Positions 1 to 9,659 of a stretch of DNA of 64,000 nucleotides are shown one piece after another. The notes beneath the pieces are model-generated. The model worked only from the letters and a program-made list of their open reading frames with translations, did not search any database and was not told where the DNA came from. The DNA is taken from positions 22,836 through 86,835 of the forward strand of contig MFQN01000004.1 of the NCBI GenBank assembly GCA_001783065.1, in the 5' to 3' direction. A program made the position numbers and the translations under genes. The number at the start of each line of letters is the position of its first letter. The first letter of the stretch is position 1. This DNA is from Candidatus Magasanikbacteria bacterium RIFCSPLOWO2_12_FULL_43_12 (GTDB lineage Bacteria; Patescibacteriota; Patescibacteriia; Magasanikbacterales; UBA922).

Positions 1-56
1 TCAAGTTGATTAAAATCCTGCGCCACGGTTTCAATGTCAAAAACAACTGTGTTCAT
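1..56 (-). CDS. 5' part of a DEDD/RNase H-like 3'-5' exonuclease domain protein (runs off window)
   Basis: Manual translation MNTVVFDIETVAQDFNQL; 'VFDIET' is the ExoI motif of DEDD-type exonucleases. Confidence 0.6.
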   Translation of the reverse strand, partial: MNTVVFDIETVAQDFNQL

Positions 57-157
57 ATTATTCTGTTCTTATTTAATTAATCTAATATAACAAACTAACC
101 GACAAAAAACAATAAAAAAACCGCGTTAGTGGATTTTTTTAATGGAGAATTTTATAA

Positions 158-559
158 TTATTTTTTTTCTTCTTTCCTCACATATCCTTTTCCAGGCACC
201 TCTTTCATTCCTTTTACATCAATAACCCTTGCTATTTCCGGATCCCAATCCTTTTTAGTTTCACCTTCCGCAACGGAAGCGCCGCCCAGTGCCGCTTCCA
301 ATGCGCCGAGGTCATAACTGCCGGTTGGGTCCGGATCAACTGCTGAACTAACGCTTTTGGATACCCCGTCCGGTTCCTTAATTATAACCTTTCTATTTTG
401 TGCGGGTAACATTTCTGTCTTTTTTCTAAGTTTGACTCCGCAAGACTGACAAAAATTGCCCGGAGCTTTTCCTTCTTCCGCGGCAGACTCGCCACAACTG
501 GAACATAAACCGCCGCTTTTAATTTCGGCTGAATGTCTCCTTGGTGCTTCTCCGCTCAT
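158..559 (-). CDS. hypothetical protein with zinc ribbon
   Basis: CSSC...CQSC pairs in a 133-aa ORF. Confidence 0.5.
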   Translation of the reverse strand: MSGEAPRRHSAEIKSGGLCSSCGESAAEEGKAPGNFCQSCGVKLRKKTEMLPAQNRKVIIKEPDGVSKSVSSAVDPDPTGSYDLGALEAALGGASVAEGETKKDWDPEIARVIDVKGMKEVPGKGYVRKEEKK

Positions 560-577
560 ATTTTTAAATTATCTGAT

Positions 578-1774
578 TTATAACTGACTATTAACGGTTG
601 TATCCACAGCCCCGCCAACTGGCGCTGGCTGGTTCTGAAGTACTGGCTTGATTATCTCTGGTTTTATTTTTTTAACCCCCTCGTTCTCATTTTCACCATC
701 GTCTTTGATCTCTTTTTTAATTCCAGCGCTTTCTTCTTTAAATTCGTTTTTCAATTCTTGTTTTAACGCTTTAAGTTTAATAACCGCGCCCGGCTTATTT
801 ACCGGCAACGGCTTGACCGCCTCGCCATTTTTAATTTTTTCTAATTTGTTTTCTAATTTTTCTTGTTTAATTTCTTGTTTAAGTCCTTGTTTGTTTTCCA
901 AACGCTCCTCGCGTCTGTCTCCAAGCATCTCAACGCGATCCTGCCGCAATTCTTTAATTTGTTCTTTCGCCTGCTCTTTCACTGTTTCATCGCCCGCTTT
1001 AAATTCCTGCATCAATTCTGCTCTGCGCTCGCGATATTGTTTAACTTCCTCCGCGTGAGCTTCAATCCGGTCTTTTACCGCTTGCAAATGTTCGCGTGTC
1101 TCGGCTGGCGCGTTTTCATTGTTAATCGCGTTTAACAAACGACGCTCTTGAGCCGCGGCTTTTTCGCGCAGTTCATCAAACTTTTCCACCGCCCCCTCGG
1201 GAAGTTTTTCCTCTATCCTGTCCATTACCGCCTCGCGCCTGATTTGGTGCGTCGCGATATTGCGCAATAAACGCTGTCCCTCTTCATTTTTTTGCTCTAA
1301 AAGCCGTTCGCGGCGAGCCTCAACTTTTTCCATCATCTTCTGCGCCTGACCGATCACGCGATGAATGCGCGCTTGCACTTTTTGGTCTTCGGATTTCTGC
1401 GCCATCAACTCCGCTAATCGCATGCGCTCTTCCGCGAATTGCAATTGCTTTTCCGCTTTTTTAACCGGATTAAAAGTTAAACCGATTGAAACTTGTTCTT
1501 TCAGACCTTTCCACCATAAACCAAAACCTGATGGCACTTCTTTTGGCTCTTCTATCTTCATTCCTTCCAACTCTTCACTGACAACCGGCGTAGTCGGATT
1601 AACCGCGGTTACCGGAGTCGTAGCATCTGTTGTCGGCTGAACCGCGTCTGGGATCACGACTGTTGTCGGCTGATCAGAAGCAGGCAAAGCTGTCTCGCCC
1701 TGCGCCATAACCGGCGCGAACCACAAAACGACTAATATTACTAAAAAAATTAACCAATATCTCATAAAATACAT
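578..1774 (-). CDS. secreted coiled-coil protein (DUF5667-like)
   Basis: Signal peptide, P/T linker, 'LKEQVSIGLTFNPVKKAEKQLQFAEERMRLAE' motif, long charged helices. Confidence 0.6.
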   Translation of the reverse strand: MYFMRYWLIFLVILVVLWFAPVMAQGETALPASDQPTTVVIPDAVQPTTDATTPVTAVNPTTPVVSEELEGMKIEEPKEVPSGFGLWWKGLKEQVSIGLTFNPVKKAEKQLQFAEERMRLAELMAQKSEDQKVQARIHRVIGQAQKMMEKVEARRERLLEQKNEEGQRLLRNIATHQIRREAVMDRIEEKLPEGAVEKFDELREKAAAQERRLLNAINNENAPAETREHLQAVKDRIEAHAEEVKQYRERRAELMQEFKAGDETVKEQAKEQIKELRQDRVEMLGDRREERLENKQGLKQEIKQEKLENKLEKIKNGEAVKPLPVNKPGAVIKLKALKQELKNEFKEESAGIKKEIKDDGENENEGVKKIKPEIIKPVLQNQPAPVGGAVDTTVNSQL

Positions 1775-2097
1775 TTAAAAATTATCCGCCCAATCAGGCT
1801 ATCTATAGTATAGGCTAAAAAGAAAAGCGGGGCAACCCGCTTGTCCACATGTCTGGTTTTCCATCATCCTGCCGCCACTCGCGGCAAGAATAAAAAAACA
1901 GACACCAACAGCGCGATGCCTGCCAACAAGTAATAATAAACCAAAAAAATCGCGGAGTTTGACTGGGGCTCCGCCCCCGTATTTTTGTTTCGCATATTTT
2001 TATTTTGATTTTTGATTAATTACATTATTTTTATGTAATCAATGTTAATAGTATAGCACAAATTTGACCTTTTGTCAATAGTGTCGTACAATATAAT

Positions 2098-2209
2098 ATG
2101 CGAACTTACGAATACTTACGAAATTACGAACTACGAAACATGGCTTCGATCAACGTTTTTTCTAAATTTTCGTAGTTCGTAATTTCGCACCCTTTTCGTA
2201 TGTTCGCAT
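2098..2209. repeat. gene-less inverted-repeat element, ACGAA family
   Basis: Arms 2098-2138 and 2168-2209 match the arms flanking the GxxExxY gene at 16.4-17.0 kb; ends immediately before the Xer start codon. Confidence 0.85.
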
Positions 2210-3175
2210 ATGACCAAGACTCTTAGCAAATACCTCATCGACTTCCTGGAATATTTGGAAATAGAAAAAAACCGCAGCCAGCAGACGGTGCGGAATTATG
2301 ATTTTTATTTAAAAAGATTCATTGGTTGGTTTGGCGACAAAAGTCCGAAAAAACTGGAAGCGGAAAATGTGCGTCAATATCGCCTCTGGTTAAACCGGCT
2401 GGCTGACGCGCATGGGGATTCTTTGAGAAAAAACACACAAAATTATCATTTGATTGCTTTGCGTTCGTTTTTGAAATATCTAGCCAAACGCGATGTGAGG
2501 ACTCTGGCGGCGGAAAAAATTGAACTGATGAAAATGCCGGACCGCGAAGTAAGTTTTTTGGAAGGAAGTGATTTGAATAGACTGTTGGAAGCACCCTTAG
2601 CGAATAAGATACAAGATACAAACAACGAGACACAAACGACCGGAGATGCGGTATTGATTAAATATAGAGACAAGGCGATATTGGAGATGTTGTTTTCCAC
2701 CGGGTTGCGCGTGTCAGAGTTGGTTGGGTTAAAAAAAGATAAAGTTAATCTGGAAAAAGAAGAGTTTACCATCATGGGTAAAGGCAGAAAATCCCGCGTA
2801 GTTTTTTTGTCAGAGCAGGCGAGATATTGGCTGAAAAAATATTTGGAAACAAGGCAAGATATGAATCAATATTTATTTGTGTCGCATGATAAAAGAAGCG
2901 GCAAAACATTGGAACAGCCGCTGACGCCGAGATCGGTGCAGAGATTGGTGCAAAAATACGCGCGCGCGGCGGGAATTACTAAGCCGGTAACACCACATAC
3001 TTTGCGGCATTCCTACGCGACGGATTTATTGCAAAACGGCGCGGATATCCGCAGCGTGCAGACTATGCTTGGACACTCGTCAATTACCACCACGCAAATC
3101 TACACGCATATCACTGATAAAGAGCTGAAAAATATCTATAAAAAATTTCATGGCAAACAGAGGGGCAACAGTTGA
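2210..3175 (+). CDS. XerC/XerD-family tyrosine recombinase
   Basis: N-terminal SAM-like domain; TGLRVSEL, GKG, HTLRHSYATDLL, LGHS, TTQIY catalytic motifs. Confidence 0.93.
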   Translation: MTKTLSKYLIDFLEYLEIEKNRSQQTVRNYDFYLKRFIGWFGDKSPKKLEAENVRQYRLWLNRLADAHGDSLRKNTQNYHLIALRSFLKYLAKRDVRTLAAEKIELMKMPDREVSFLEGSDLNRLLEAPLANKIQDTNNETQTTGDAVLIKYRDKAILEMLFSTGLRVSELVGLKKDKVNLEKEEFTIMGKGRKSRVVFLSEQARYWLKKYLETRQDMNQYLFVSHDKRSGKTLEQPLTPRSVQRLVQKYARAAGITKPVTPHTLRHSYATDLLQNGADIRSVQTMLGHSSITTTQIYTHITDKELKNIYKKFHGKQRGNS

Positions 3176-3234
3176 CAATAATGAGTTTCTGGGCTAAAAT
3201 ATCGGCACAATTGTAAACTGAAAATTAATCGTAT

Positions 3235-3306
3235 GGCCCCGTAGTTCAATGGATAGAACACCCGCCTTCTAAGCAGGTAATCTTGGTTCGATTCCAAGCG
3301 GGGTCA
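3235..3306 (+). tRNA. tRNA-Arg (TCT)
   Basis: Cloverleaf GGCCCCG...CGGGGTC, anticodon loop CTTCTAA, GGTTCGATTCC. Confidence 0.9.
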
Positions 3307-3362
3307 CATAGAAAAAATTTTCAATTTGTAATTTATAATTTTTAATTATTGACATTAATTTT

Positions 3363-4109
3363 ATGTCAGAAATCCTAACTCCCGTCGCTATCGCGATTGG
3401 CATTCTCGTCATCATAAGCGTCCGGCAAGTAAATCAGTATCAGCGAGGCGTAAAATTCATGCTGGGAAAATATATCACCACCGCTGAACCGGGCTGGCGT
3501 TTGATAATTCCGATTATTCAAAGCTTGATCAAAATTGACATGCGCACCAAAGCTGTGGATGTGCCTCTGCAAGAAGCAATCACGAAAGATAATATCTCGG
3601 CTAAAATCAACGCGGTGATTTATTACAAAGTCGTTGACGCGGCCAAAGCGGTGCTGGAAGTGGAAAATTTTTGGAACGCGGTTTCCCAATTGGCGCAAAC
3701 GACGATGCGAAATGTCGTCGGCGAATTAGAGCTGGATGAATTGCTGGCCAACCGCGACACCGCGGCGCAGAGAATAAAAGAAATTATTGAAAATGCCGCC
3801 AGTCAGTGGGGAATCAAAGTGGAGGCGGTTGAACTGAAAGACATTGTCTTGCCGGAAAATATGCAGAGAGTAATCGCCCAGCAAGCCGAAGCCGAACGGG
3901 AAAAAAGATCAGTGATTATCAAAGCGAGCGGAGAAGTGATTGCCGCGGAAAACATCGCCAAAGCCGCCGCCATTCTGGCGCAATCACCCGGCGCGCTTCA
4001 CTTGCGGACATTGAGCACGATCAATGATTTAAGTTCAGACCAATCAAACACTGTTATCTTCGCGGTGCCGCTGGAAGTATTGCGGGCGTTTGAGCGACTG
4101 GGGAAATAA
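3363..4109 (+). CDS. SPFH/band-7 (stomatin-like) protein
   Basis: N-terminal TM, 'ITKDNIS', 'LAQTTMRNVVG', 'QAEAEREKR', 'ALHLRTL'. Confidence 0.92.
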   Translation: MSEILTPVAIAIGILVIISVRQVNQYQRGVKFMLGKYITTAEPGWRLIIPIIQSLIKIDMRTKAVDVPLQEAITKDNISAKINAVIYYKVVDAAKAVLEVENFWNAVSQLAQTTMRNVVGELELDELLANRDTAAQRIKEIIENAASQWGIKVEAVELKDIVLPENMQRVIAQQAEAEREKRSVIIKASGEVIAAENIAKAAAILAQSPGALHLRTLSTINDLSSDQSNTVIFAVPLEVLRAFERLGK

Positions 4110-4124
4110 ACGAATGGTGATCTT

Positions 4125-4609
4125 GCGTCTCCCCCCTACGAAGGGGAGAACAAGGGGGGTGTTCGCCAATCGCGGCTCACTTGTGTGGTGTTTGAAAATC
4201 GATAATATAATTTTCTATTTCTACTAATATACTTTCTAAATCCTCCCTCACCCGCTCGTCATCAAACCGCAAAACCGTTAAACCCAAATCTTCTATATAA
4301 TCCACCCGTCTCCTGTCATACGCTTCTTTCCCCTCGTGGCTGATGCCGTCTATTTCAATAACTAATTTTAATTCAAAACAAAAAAAGTCGGCAATGAAGT
4401 TACCGATTGGCTTCTGTCGCATAAACTTGTAACCTTGAAGGCGTCTATTTCTTAAACAATGCCACAACATCCGTTCAGCATAAGTGCGGCCTTTGCGTCG
4501 CAATTTACTGGCATATGATTTTAACTTGGGGTTGTATTGTATTTTCATGGTAGTGGTTTTGACACGAGCGAACACCCCCTCTGTCTCCCCCTTCGTAGGG
4601 GGAGGACGC
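4125..4609. mobile_element. inverted-repeat-flanked DUF559 cassette 1
   Basis: ~42-bp GC-rich arms 4125-4166 and 4568-4609 are imperfect reverse complements enclosing the ORF; mobility is inferred. Confidence 0.6.
4177..4548 (-). CDS. DUF559 (Vsr-like) endonuclease domain protein
   Basis: 'AERMLW', 'KFMRQKPIGNFIADF', 'LVIEIDGISH', 'DRRR', 'GLTVLRF'; start moved to MKIQYNPK. Confidence 0.9.
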   Translation of the reverse strand: MKIQYNPKLKSYASKLRRKGRTYAERMLWHCLRNRRLQGYKFMRQKPIGNFIADFFCFELKLVIEIDGISHEGKEAYDRRRVDYIEDLGLTVLRFDDERVREDLESILVEIENYIIDFQTPHK

Positions 4610-4700
4610 GCGCTCACTATTTATATTTTTAAATAGACTTTCAATTGACAAAAGAAAAAAAATTTAATATAATAGTCGCGTTTTATTAAGGAAGCATTTG

Positions 4701-4775
4701 GGTGACCATAGTTTAACGGTAAAACTGCGGATTGTGGATCCGCTATCGAGGGTTCAACTCCCTCTGGTCACCCCA
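4701..4775 (+). tRNA. tRNA-His (GTG)
   Basis: G-1, GTGACCA/TGGTCAC acceptor, loop TTGTGGA, encoded CCA. Confidence 0.93.
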
Positions 4776-4785
4776 ATGCTTCTTT

Positions 4786-5529
4786 TTATTCCCTTATATC
4801 CTTATACTCCTTCGTAAACGGTCTCTTGAAGACTAAAATCCAAAAAAAATTAAGGGCGTAGCGATAGCCGGTGATGAAAGCGCCTTCTTTGGCTAAACGC
4901 CTGCCGGAGCTTAAAATCGGCAGACTGAAAGTAAATTTAACCGGACCGACCGCGCGAATCCTGCGCGCGATGTCCGTATCTTCGCCGTAAAAACTTATGC
5001 TGGTGTCAAAACCGCCTATTTTTTCCAAAGCCGTTCTCCTAACGATAAAATTTCCGCCCTGCAACATCGCGCCCTTTTTAAAAAAAATCTCATTAAAAAT
5101 ATAAATCAAATAACCCAAACCATAAAAAATTTTTGTCTGGATTTTTGTCCACCGCGGCAAATCATAAAATACGCATGGGCCGGATAGAGCCGCCAAGTTT
5201 GGATTACCAGCAAATTCAGTGAAAACTTTTTTTAACCAACCTCCTGGCATTATATTATCCGCGTCGATGTTGGCGATCAAATCTCCCTTAGACGCCAAAA
5301 AACCCGCTTGGCGGGCAAACACTATTCCTTTTTTATTTTCATCAACAACTTTCACGCGTGGAAACGATAGCGCGATTTCTTTTGTCTTGTCAGTGCTCGC
5401 GTTGTTGACAACAATAATTTCCGCTTCGTAAAAATTATTTTTAATCTCTTTCAAAACCGATTCCAAACACCGGCCGATATTGGCTTCTTCATTGTGGGCG
5501 GGAATGATAAACGAAATAGCAAAACCCAT
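4786..5529 (-). CDS. glycosyltransferase family 2
   Basis: 'IIPAHNEE', 'VVNNASTDKT', 'IDAD', 'GGFD', 'GEDTD'. Confidence 0.92.
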   Translation of the reverse strand: MGFAISFIIPAHNEEANIGRCLESVLKEIKNNFYEAEIIVVNNASTDKTKEIALSFPRVKVVDENKKGIVFARQAGFLASKGDLIANIDADNIMPGGWLKKVFTEFAGNPNLAALSGPCVFYDLPRWTKIQTKIFYGLGYLIYIFNEIFFKKGAMLQGGNFIVRRTALEKIGGFDTSISFYGEDTDIARRIRAVGPVKFTFSLPILSSGRRLAKEGAFITGYRYALNFFWILVFKRPFTKEYKDIRE

Positions 5530-5537
5530 AACCCAGC

Positions 5538-5601
5538 TAACAAAACACAGAGAATTGGCGATTTGGCTCGTTGTGTTTTGTTAATTGTGTTATGAGTTCT
5601 G
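5538..5601. repeat. gene-less inverted-repeat element, AACACA/TGTGTT family
   Basis: taacaaaacacag ... tgtgttttgttaattgtgtt; same arms as the four-helix cassette at 6.1-6.6 kb. Confidence 0.7.
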
Positions 5602-5605
5602 AAAC

Positions 5606-6103
5606 TCACCAAATCGTCCCTTCGTTTATCGTCTCGTTCAGTGGATCGGAATTATAATATTGGCTCGTATCTTCGTCCACTGTAAATTCCGAACCGGAAT
5701 AGAGCGGTGTCGTCGGCTTGTTGTATTGTTGCGCCTTCAGCAAATATTTGTTGACAAATAAAGTTATGCTGAACGCGCTGAAAGTTATCAGCAGGCCGAT
5801 GACGCAATAACGAATTACTTTCTTCCCCTTTTCAACTTTTTCTTCCTCGCCGGCGGATAAAGTAATCAAAAAACCGGCGTAAACCATATAGAGTGTAAAC
5901 AAAACTCCCACTGTTCCAAGCATCACCTGAACCACCAGCGCCGCCACCTCTCTCGGGTCGCGAGCGTTGCCATAGTTCGCGCCCTTTGTCCCCGCGGCGG
6001 ATTGCAATTGGGTTTGCAGGTCGGTGGTGTAGTCGGCGGATGCTGGAAGAGCTGGCAACACGAAGGCAGACAGAATGATGATTGTAAAAAATAGTTTATA
6101 CAT
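5606..6103 (-). CDS. TrbC/VirB2-like pilin
   Basis: Signal peptide, two TM segments around 'YAGF...SAGEEEKVEKGKK...IGL'. Confidence 0.8.
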   Translation of the reverse strand: MYKLFFTIIILSAFVLPALPASADYTTDLQTQLQSAAGTKGANYGNARDPREVAALVVQVMLGTVGVLFTLYMVYAGFLITLSAGEEEKVEKGKKVIRYCVIGLLITFSAFSITLFVNKYLLKAQQYNKPTTPLYSGSEFTVDEDTSQYYNSDPLNETINEGTIW

Positions 6104-6154
6104 GGATTTAAAACACATAACACAATTAACAAAACACAGAGAATTGACGGTGGA

Positions 6155-6530
6155 CTATTTTCCTGCTTCTTTGCTTTTCTCTAAGCCGTTTATCAGACTC
6201 CACAGCATCGCCCCCACTTCGTCAAGGAGGCCCATTGTCTCTTGGTACTCTTTCTGGTTTATCCACTCTCTCTTTTAAACAGAAAAATATTAAATATTTA
6301 CACTCCTTACAAGAACCATACGCGGTTTCAAAAAACTGTATCTTTACTCCTGTCTTAAACCGCGCATGTCCCTCAACAAAATTTAACATTATTGAAATTA
6401 TTGCTCTTCTCAACTGGCTGGTGATGCCATAAATCTCTTCACGGGGAAACTTTTTTGTTAAATCATATACCAACATTATCAAATCGTGCGCTTTCCTTTT
6501 AAAAATTACGCCCATCCCGTCATTTCCCAT
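6155..6530 (-). pseudogene. four-helix-bundle protein (23S-IVS/Avd-like family), frameshifted
   Basis: 'TKKFPREEIYGITSQLRRA...NFVEG...AYGSCKE'; the family-like C-terminus WINQKEYQETMGLLDEVGAMLWSLI is in another frame after the AG run at ~6266-6276; stop at 6155. Confidence 0.8.
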
Positions 6531-6610
6531 ATTTTATTTGTTGTGTGTTTTGTATTTTATCGCTCGTCGTGGTTGTGTTTTGTTAATTGTGTTTTGTGTT
6601 CTGAACAACA

Positions 6611-7027
6611 TCACTTCGCAACATCGCCACCCTCTGTCACCAGCGCCGGCAGACGCGAGCCGATAAACAATGTAATACTGTAGGAAAATAATATTATTAT
6701 CAACCCGATAATCGCCATTCTCATTATCTTTCCGCCTTTCTCGGCTTTTTCTTCCTCGCCATGAGAAGTGAAATAATTATACCCGCCGTAGAATATTAAA
6801 ATTGTAAAAACAATGCCGGTTACCGCGAGTATCATCCTTACCACCCCCATTATCGCCAAACGCGGATCAATTGCTTCGGAAAACTGCGCTGTCTCTGCCC
6901 CGGCTTTCACCTGCCCCATCACATTTTCAGTAAGGTCGGCGGAAACCGGCGCCAAACCAAAAATTAAACTCAAACCCAAAGCAAATAGGGCTGTTAAAAT
7001 TAATTTGTGTTTTAGGAAAAAATACAT
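6611..7027 (-). CDS. TrbC/VirB2-like pilin
   Basis: 'YGGYNYFTSHGEEEKAEKGGK...AIIGLIII'; start at MYFFLK (the ORF-track extension runs through a repeat). Confidence 0.8.
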   Translation of the reverse strand: MYFFLKHKLILTALFALGLSLIFGLAPVSADLTENVMGQVKAGAETAQFSEAIDPRLAIMGVVRMILAVTGIVFTILIFYGGYNYFTSHGEEEKAEKGGKIMRMAIIGLIIILFSYSITLFIGSRLPALVTEGGDVAK

Positions 7028-7036
7028 ATTATTTAA

Positions 7037-7130
7037 GTCATTGCGAGGAACGAAGCCGAAGCGTAGTGACGAAGCAATCCAGAACGATCGCGATGGATTG
7101 CTTCGTCGTCTGCGGACTCCTCGCAATGAC
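7037..7130. repeat. REP-like palindrome GTCATTGCGAG...CTCGCAATGAC
   Basis: Terminal 11-bp inverted repeat with internal gaagcaatcc/ggattgcttc pair. Confidence 0.85.
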
Positions 7131-7150
7131 AGAATGCGTAATCGCTTATA

Positions 7151-7741
7151 TTATTTAAAATCGCTCGCCGAACAAACAGCGCCCGTGGTTTTCGTAATCT
7201 CTTTTGGCGTCGCTTTACAACCCAAATAGCCTTCACATTTCGCTATACATACCTCCCAAGATTCAACAGAATAATCGCAGTCTTTACCGGTCTCCCAAGG
7301 ATCGTCGCCGACTTTTTCACACACCTGGCAACAAATCACTTCCTCTCCTTCATCTTCTCCAGTAACGTCCGTCAACCTTGGCACCACAAAAGTGGTAATG
7401 CTGTATGCTCCGACTAAAATTATAAAACCGATAATTGAAGAAATAATAATTTTTTGCGCTTTTTCCACCGGCTCTTCCTCGCCGCGAGCTGTCATCCACA
7501 GCCAGCCGGCATACACCATCAGGACTAAAAAAATCACGCCGGTAAAAGATAGTATTATCGCGATAATAGAACCGACTGTTTCCGCGAACGTAGTTTCCGT
7601 TGTGTTTGGATTATACCCGGCGTCTTTTGCCGCTTTCTGCGTCGCGCCACTGCCGAAATCTAAAGCAAACGCGCTTGACGCGGCGCTAAATAGTAACACT
7701 GATATCAGACAGAAAAATAAAATTTTGCGAATCTTTGGCAT
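7151..7741 (-). CDS. TrbC/VirB2-like pilin with Cys-rich C-terminal domain
   Basis: 'YAGWLWMTARGEEEPVEKAQK'; tail with 8 Cys. Confidence 0.8.
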   Translation of the reverse strand: MPKIRKILFFCLISVLLFSAASSAFALDFGSGATQKAAKDAGYNPNTTETTFAETVGSIIAIILSFTGVIFLVLMVYAGWLWMTARGEEEPVEKAQKIIISSIIGFIILVGAYSITTFVVPRLTDVTGEDEGEEVICCQVCEKVGDDPWETGKDCDYSVESWEVCIAKCEGYLGCKATPKEITKTTGAVCSASDFK

Positions 7742-7756
7742 AGCGGAGTTCACAGA

Positions 7757-8377
7757 TTCCCTCCTCGGAGGAGGGCGAGGGAGGTGTTCGCCAACCTTCG
7801 CGAACACACCCCCTGCCCCTCTCCGAGAGGGGAAGTTACGAGTTCCCTCCTCGGAGGAGGGCGAGGAAGGTGTTATCCCTCTTTATGATGTTTAATCCAA
7901 TCATTAATAACTTCCCACACACCTTCCATATGACACTTAACTTGGTTCTCGGTAAATCGTAAAAACTTTATATCATTGCTTTCTAAAAACTTTTGTCTTT
8001 GGTTGTCGTAATGAATTTTTCCATCATGACTTATGCCATCCACTTCAATTGCCAACATCAGTTCGGAACAAAAAAAGTCTACAATATAGCGATACAGCGG
8101 TTTTTGACGGTGAAATTTATAACCCTCCAATTGTTTGCCACTTAAGTATTTCCACAAAAGAATTTCGGCCAGTGTAGAATTTAAACGCAAATTTCTTGCC
8201 CGTTCTTTCAGTTTCGGATCGTAAGGAATAAATTTTTTTATCATATTTTTTACCCCAGCGAACACACCCCTTGCCCCTCTCCGAGAGGGGAAGTTACGAG
8301 TTCCCTCCTCGGAGGAGGGCGAGGGAGGTGTTCGCCAACCTTCGCGAACACACCCCCTGCCCCTCTCCGAGAGGGGA
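7757..8377. mobile_element. REP/BIME-like cluster enclosing DUF559 cassette 2
   Basis: Identical 77-bp units at 7757-7833 and 8301-8377, built from alternating inverted CCCTCCTCGGAGGAGGG / CCCCTCTCCGAGAGGGG hairpins. Confidence 0.65.
7873..8244 (-). CDS. DUF559 endonuclease domain protein
   Basis: 'STLAEILLW', 'KFHRQKP', 'YIVDF', 'LAIEVDGISH', 'FLRF'. Confidence 0.9.
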   Translation of the reverse strand: MIKKFIPYDPKLKERARNLRLNSTLAEILLWKYLSGKQLEGYKFHRQKPLYRYIVDFFCSELMLAIEVDGISHDGKIHYDNQRQKFLESNDIKFLRFTENQVKCHMEGVWEVINDWIKHHKEG

Positions 8378-8386
8378 GTTGTTGAA

Positions 8387-8968
8387 CTACTTACACTCGC
8401 TCGCCGGCTTCAGCCCAATATATTTATATTCCAAACTAAGACATTCTTTTTCTGTCATTGGTTTTTGGGGACATTCTGTCTTGAACCAACCGGACATCCC
8501 TGTTTTGCACAATTTGCAACACTCAACTTTCGTTCCTCCGACTTCTTCGCTCGCGCCGCTGCCGCCGGTTTTGTTCAAAATCTTCGGCACAACAAAAGTT
8601 GTAATACTGTACGCGGCGACGACAATGACCATGCCAATGACCGCGGCGATAATTATTTCATGCGCTTTGCTAATCTGCTCTTCCTCGCCGCGCGCTGTCA
8701 TCCATAAATAACCGGCGTAAACCATTAAAATCAAAAACACCACGCCGAGCATTGATAACACGGCTTGAATCAAAAAACCGATGTTGCCGGAAAAGGTCGT
8801 TTCTGTCGCCGTGTCATATTTAGCTTGAGTTGCCGCGGTGTCCGCTTTTTCCCAGCCCAATAAACTTTGGGCTTTGACATTAGCGGTTGGAAAGAAAGAT
8901 AAAAACAAAACCGAACAAAAAAGAACAAAATTGAACGAAATTAGATTAATTCTTTCTACTCTGTTCAT
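8387..8968 (-). CDS. TrbC/VirB2-like pilin with Cys-rich C-terminal domain
   Basis: 'YAGYLWMTARGEEEQISKA'; tail CCKLC...C...C...C. Confidence 0.8.
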   Translation of the reverse strand: MNRVERINLISFNFVLFCSVLFLSFFPTANVKAQSLLGWEKADTAATQAKYDTATETTFSGNIGFLIQAVLSMLGVVFLILMVYAGYLWMTARGEEEQISKAHEIIIAAVIGMVIVVAAYSITTFVVPKILNKTGGSGASEEVGGTKVECCKLCKTGMSGWFKTECPQKPMTEKECLSLEYKYIGLKPASECK

Positions 8969-8982
8969 AACTAAATTATATC

Positions 8983-9618
8983 TCACTTTATCCATTTACA
9001 CACATTCTTACTACACATTTCTTCCGTATAAACAGAAGCGCAGATATCAGCCACCGTACTTACTTCAACCTCACATTCAACGTCTATGGAACTCCAATCA
9101 CAGACCGCTTCCCCGTCTACCTTCTGTTGGTCGCATTGTTCCGAGTCACTCTCTTTAATTTTTCCGCAATAATCCGCCGCTTTTGTCGCATCAAATGCGC
9201 ACCCAGCTTTTATTGATGTCTCATTTGTCTGTTCTGTGCTACCCCCGCCCAACTTCCCGCTGACAAAAGTCGTAATCGCGTAAGCGCTGGCGACGATGAA
9301 AAATCCGATTAGCGCCGCGGTGATTATTTTCTGCGCTTTGTCAACTTGTTCCTGTTCGCCGCGAGCCGTCATCCATAAATAACCGGCGTAAACCATTAAG
9401 ACCAAAAATATCATGCCGACCAAAGTTATCGCCGCGCCGATGCCAACGCCGATAACATCTTCGGGGTTCTCATAAACATTCGCTTTGGCGCCGTCTGACC
9501 CGGCGACTTTGTCAAATTTGCTCGCCGCGTCTTTCAACCCTTGCGCGTTAACCGCGACGGTTGTTAAAACCAAACCGGCCGAGATAATGAGAATTGTGGT
9601 GAGAATGGATTTTTTCAT
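8983..9618 (-). CDS. TrbC/VirB2-like pilin with Cys-rich C-terminal domain
   Basis: 'YAGYLWMTARGEQEQVDKAQK'; tail with 8 Cys. Confidence 0.8.
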   Translation of the reverse strand: MKKSILTTILIISAGLVLTTVAVNAQGLKDAASKFDKVAGSDGAKANVYENPEDVIGVGIGAAITLVGMIFLVLMVYAGYLWMTARGEQEQVDKAQKIITAALIGFFIVASAYAITTFVSGKLGGGSTEQTNETSIKAGCAFDATKAADYCGKIKESDSEQCDQQKVDGEAVCDWSSIDVECEVEVSTVADICASVYTEEMCSKNVCKWIK

Positions 9619-9659
9619 ACTCTGTTTTTTTACGCAAGCTGAACGTTAATCCGCTCGCC

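Noticed and set aside
648-1640. Antisense ORFs over long genes (also opposite polA, the PBP gene, hppA and comM)
   Set aside because: Shadow frames of well-supported genes with no independent evidence
2019-2039. dif site (attacat...atgtaat palindrome)
   Set aside because: Spacing does not fit the 11-6-11 dif layout, and the window is origin-proximal
2210-3306. Prophage or island integrase at tRNA-Arg
   Set aside because: The protein looks like a housekeeping Xer; no duplicated tRNA 3' end or phage genes were found
7757-8377. CRISPR array
   Set aside because: Repeats alternate in orientation, lack unique regular spacers, and no cas genes are present
9616-9632. catactctgttttt shared with 17649-17662
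   Set aside because: Too short and AT-rich to distinguish from chance
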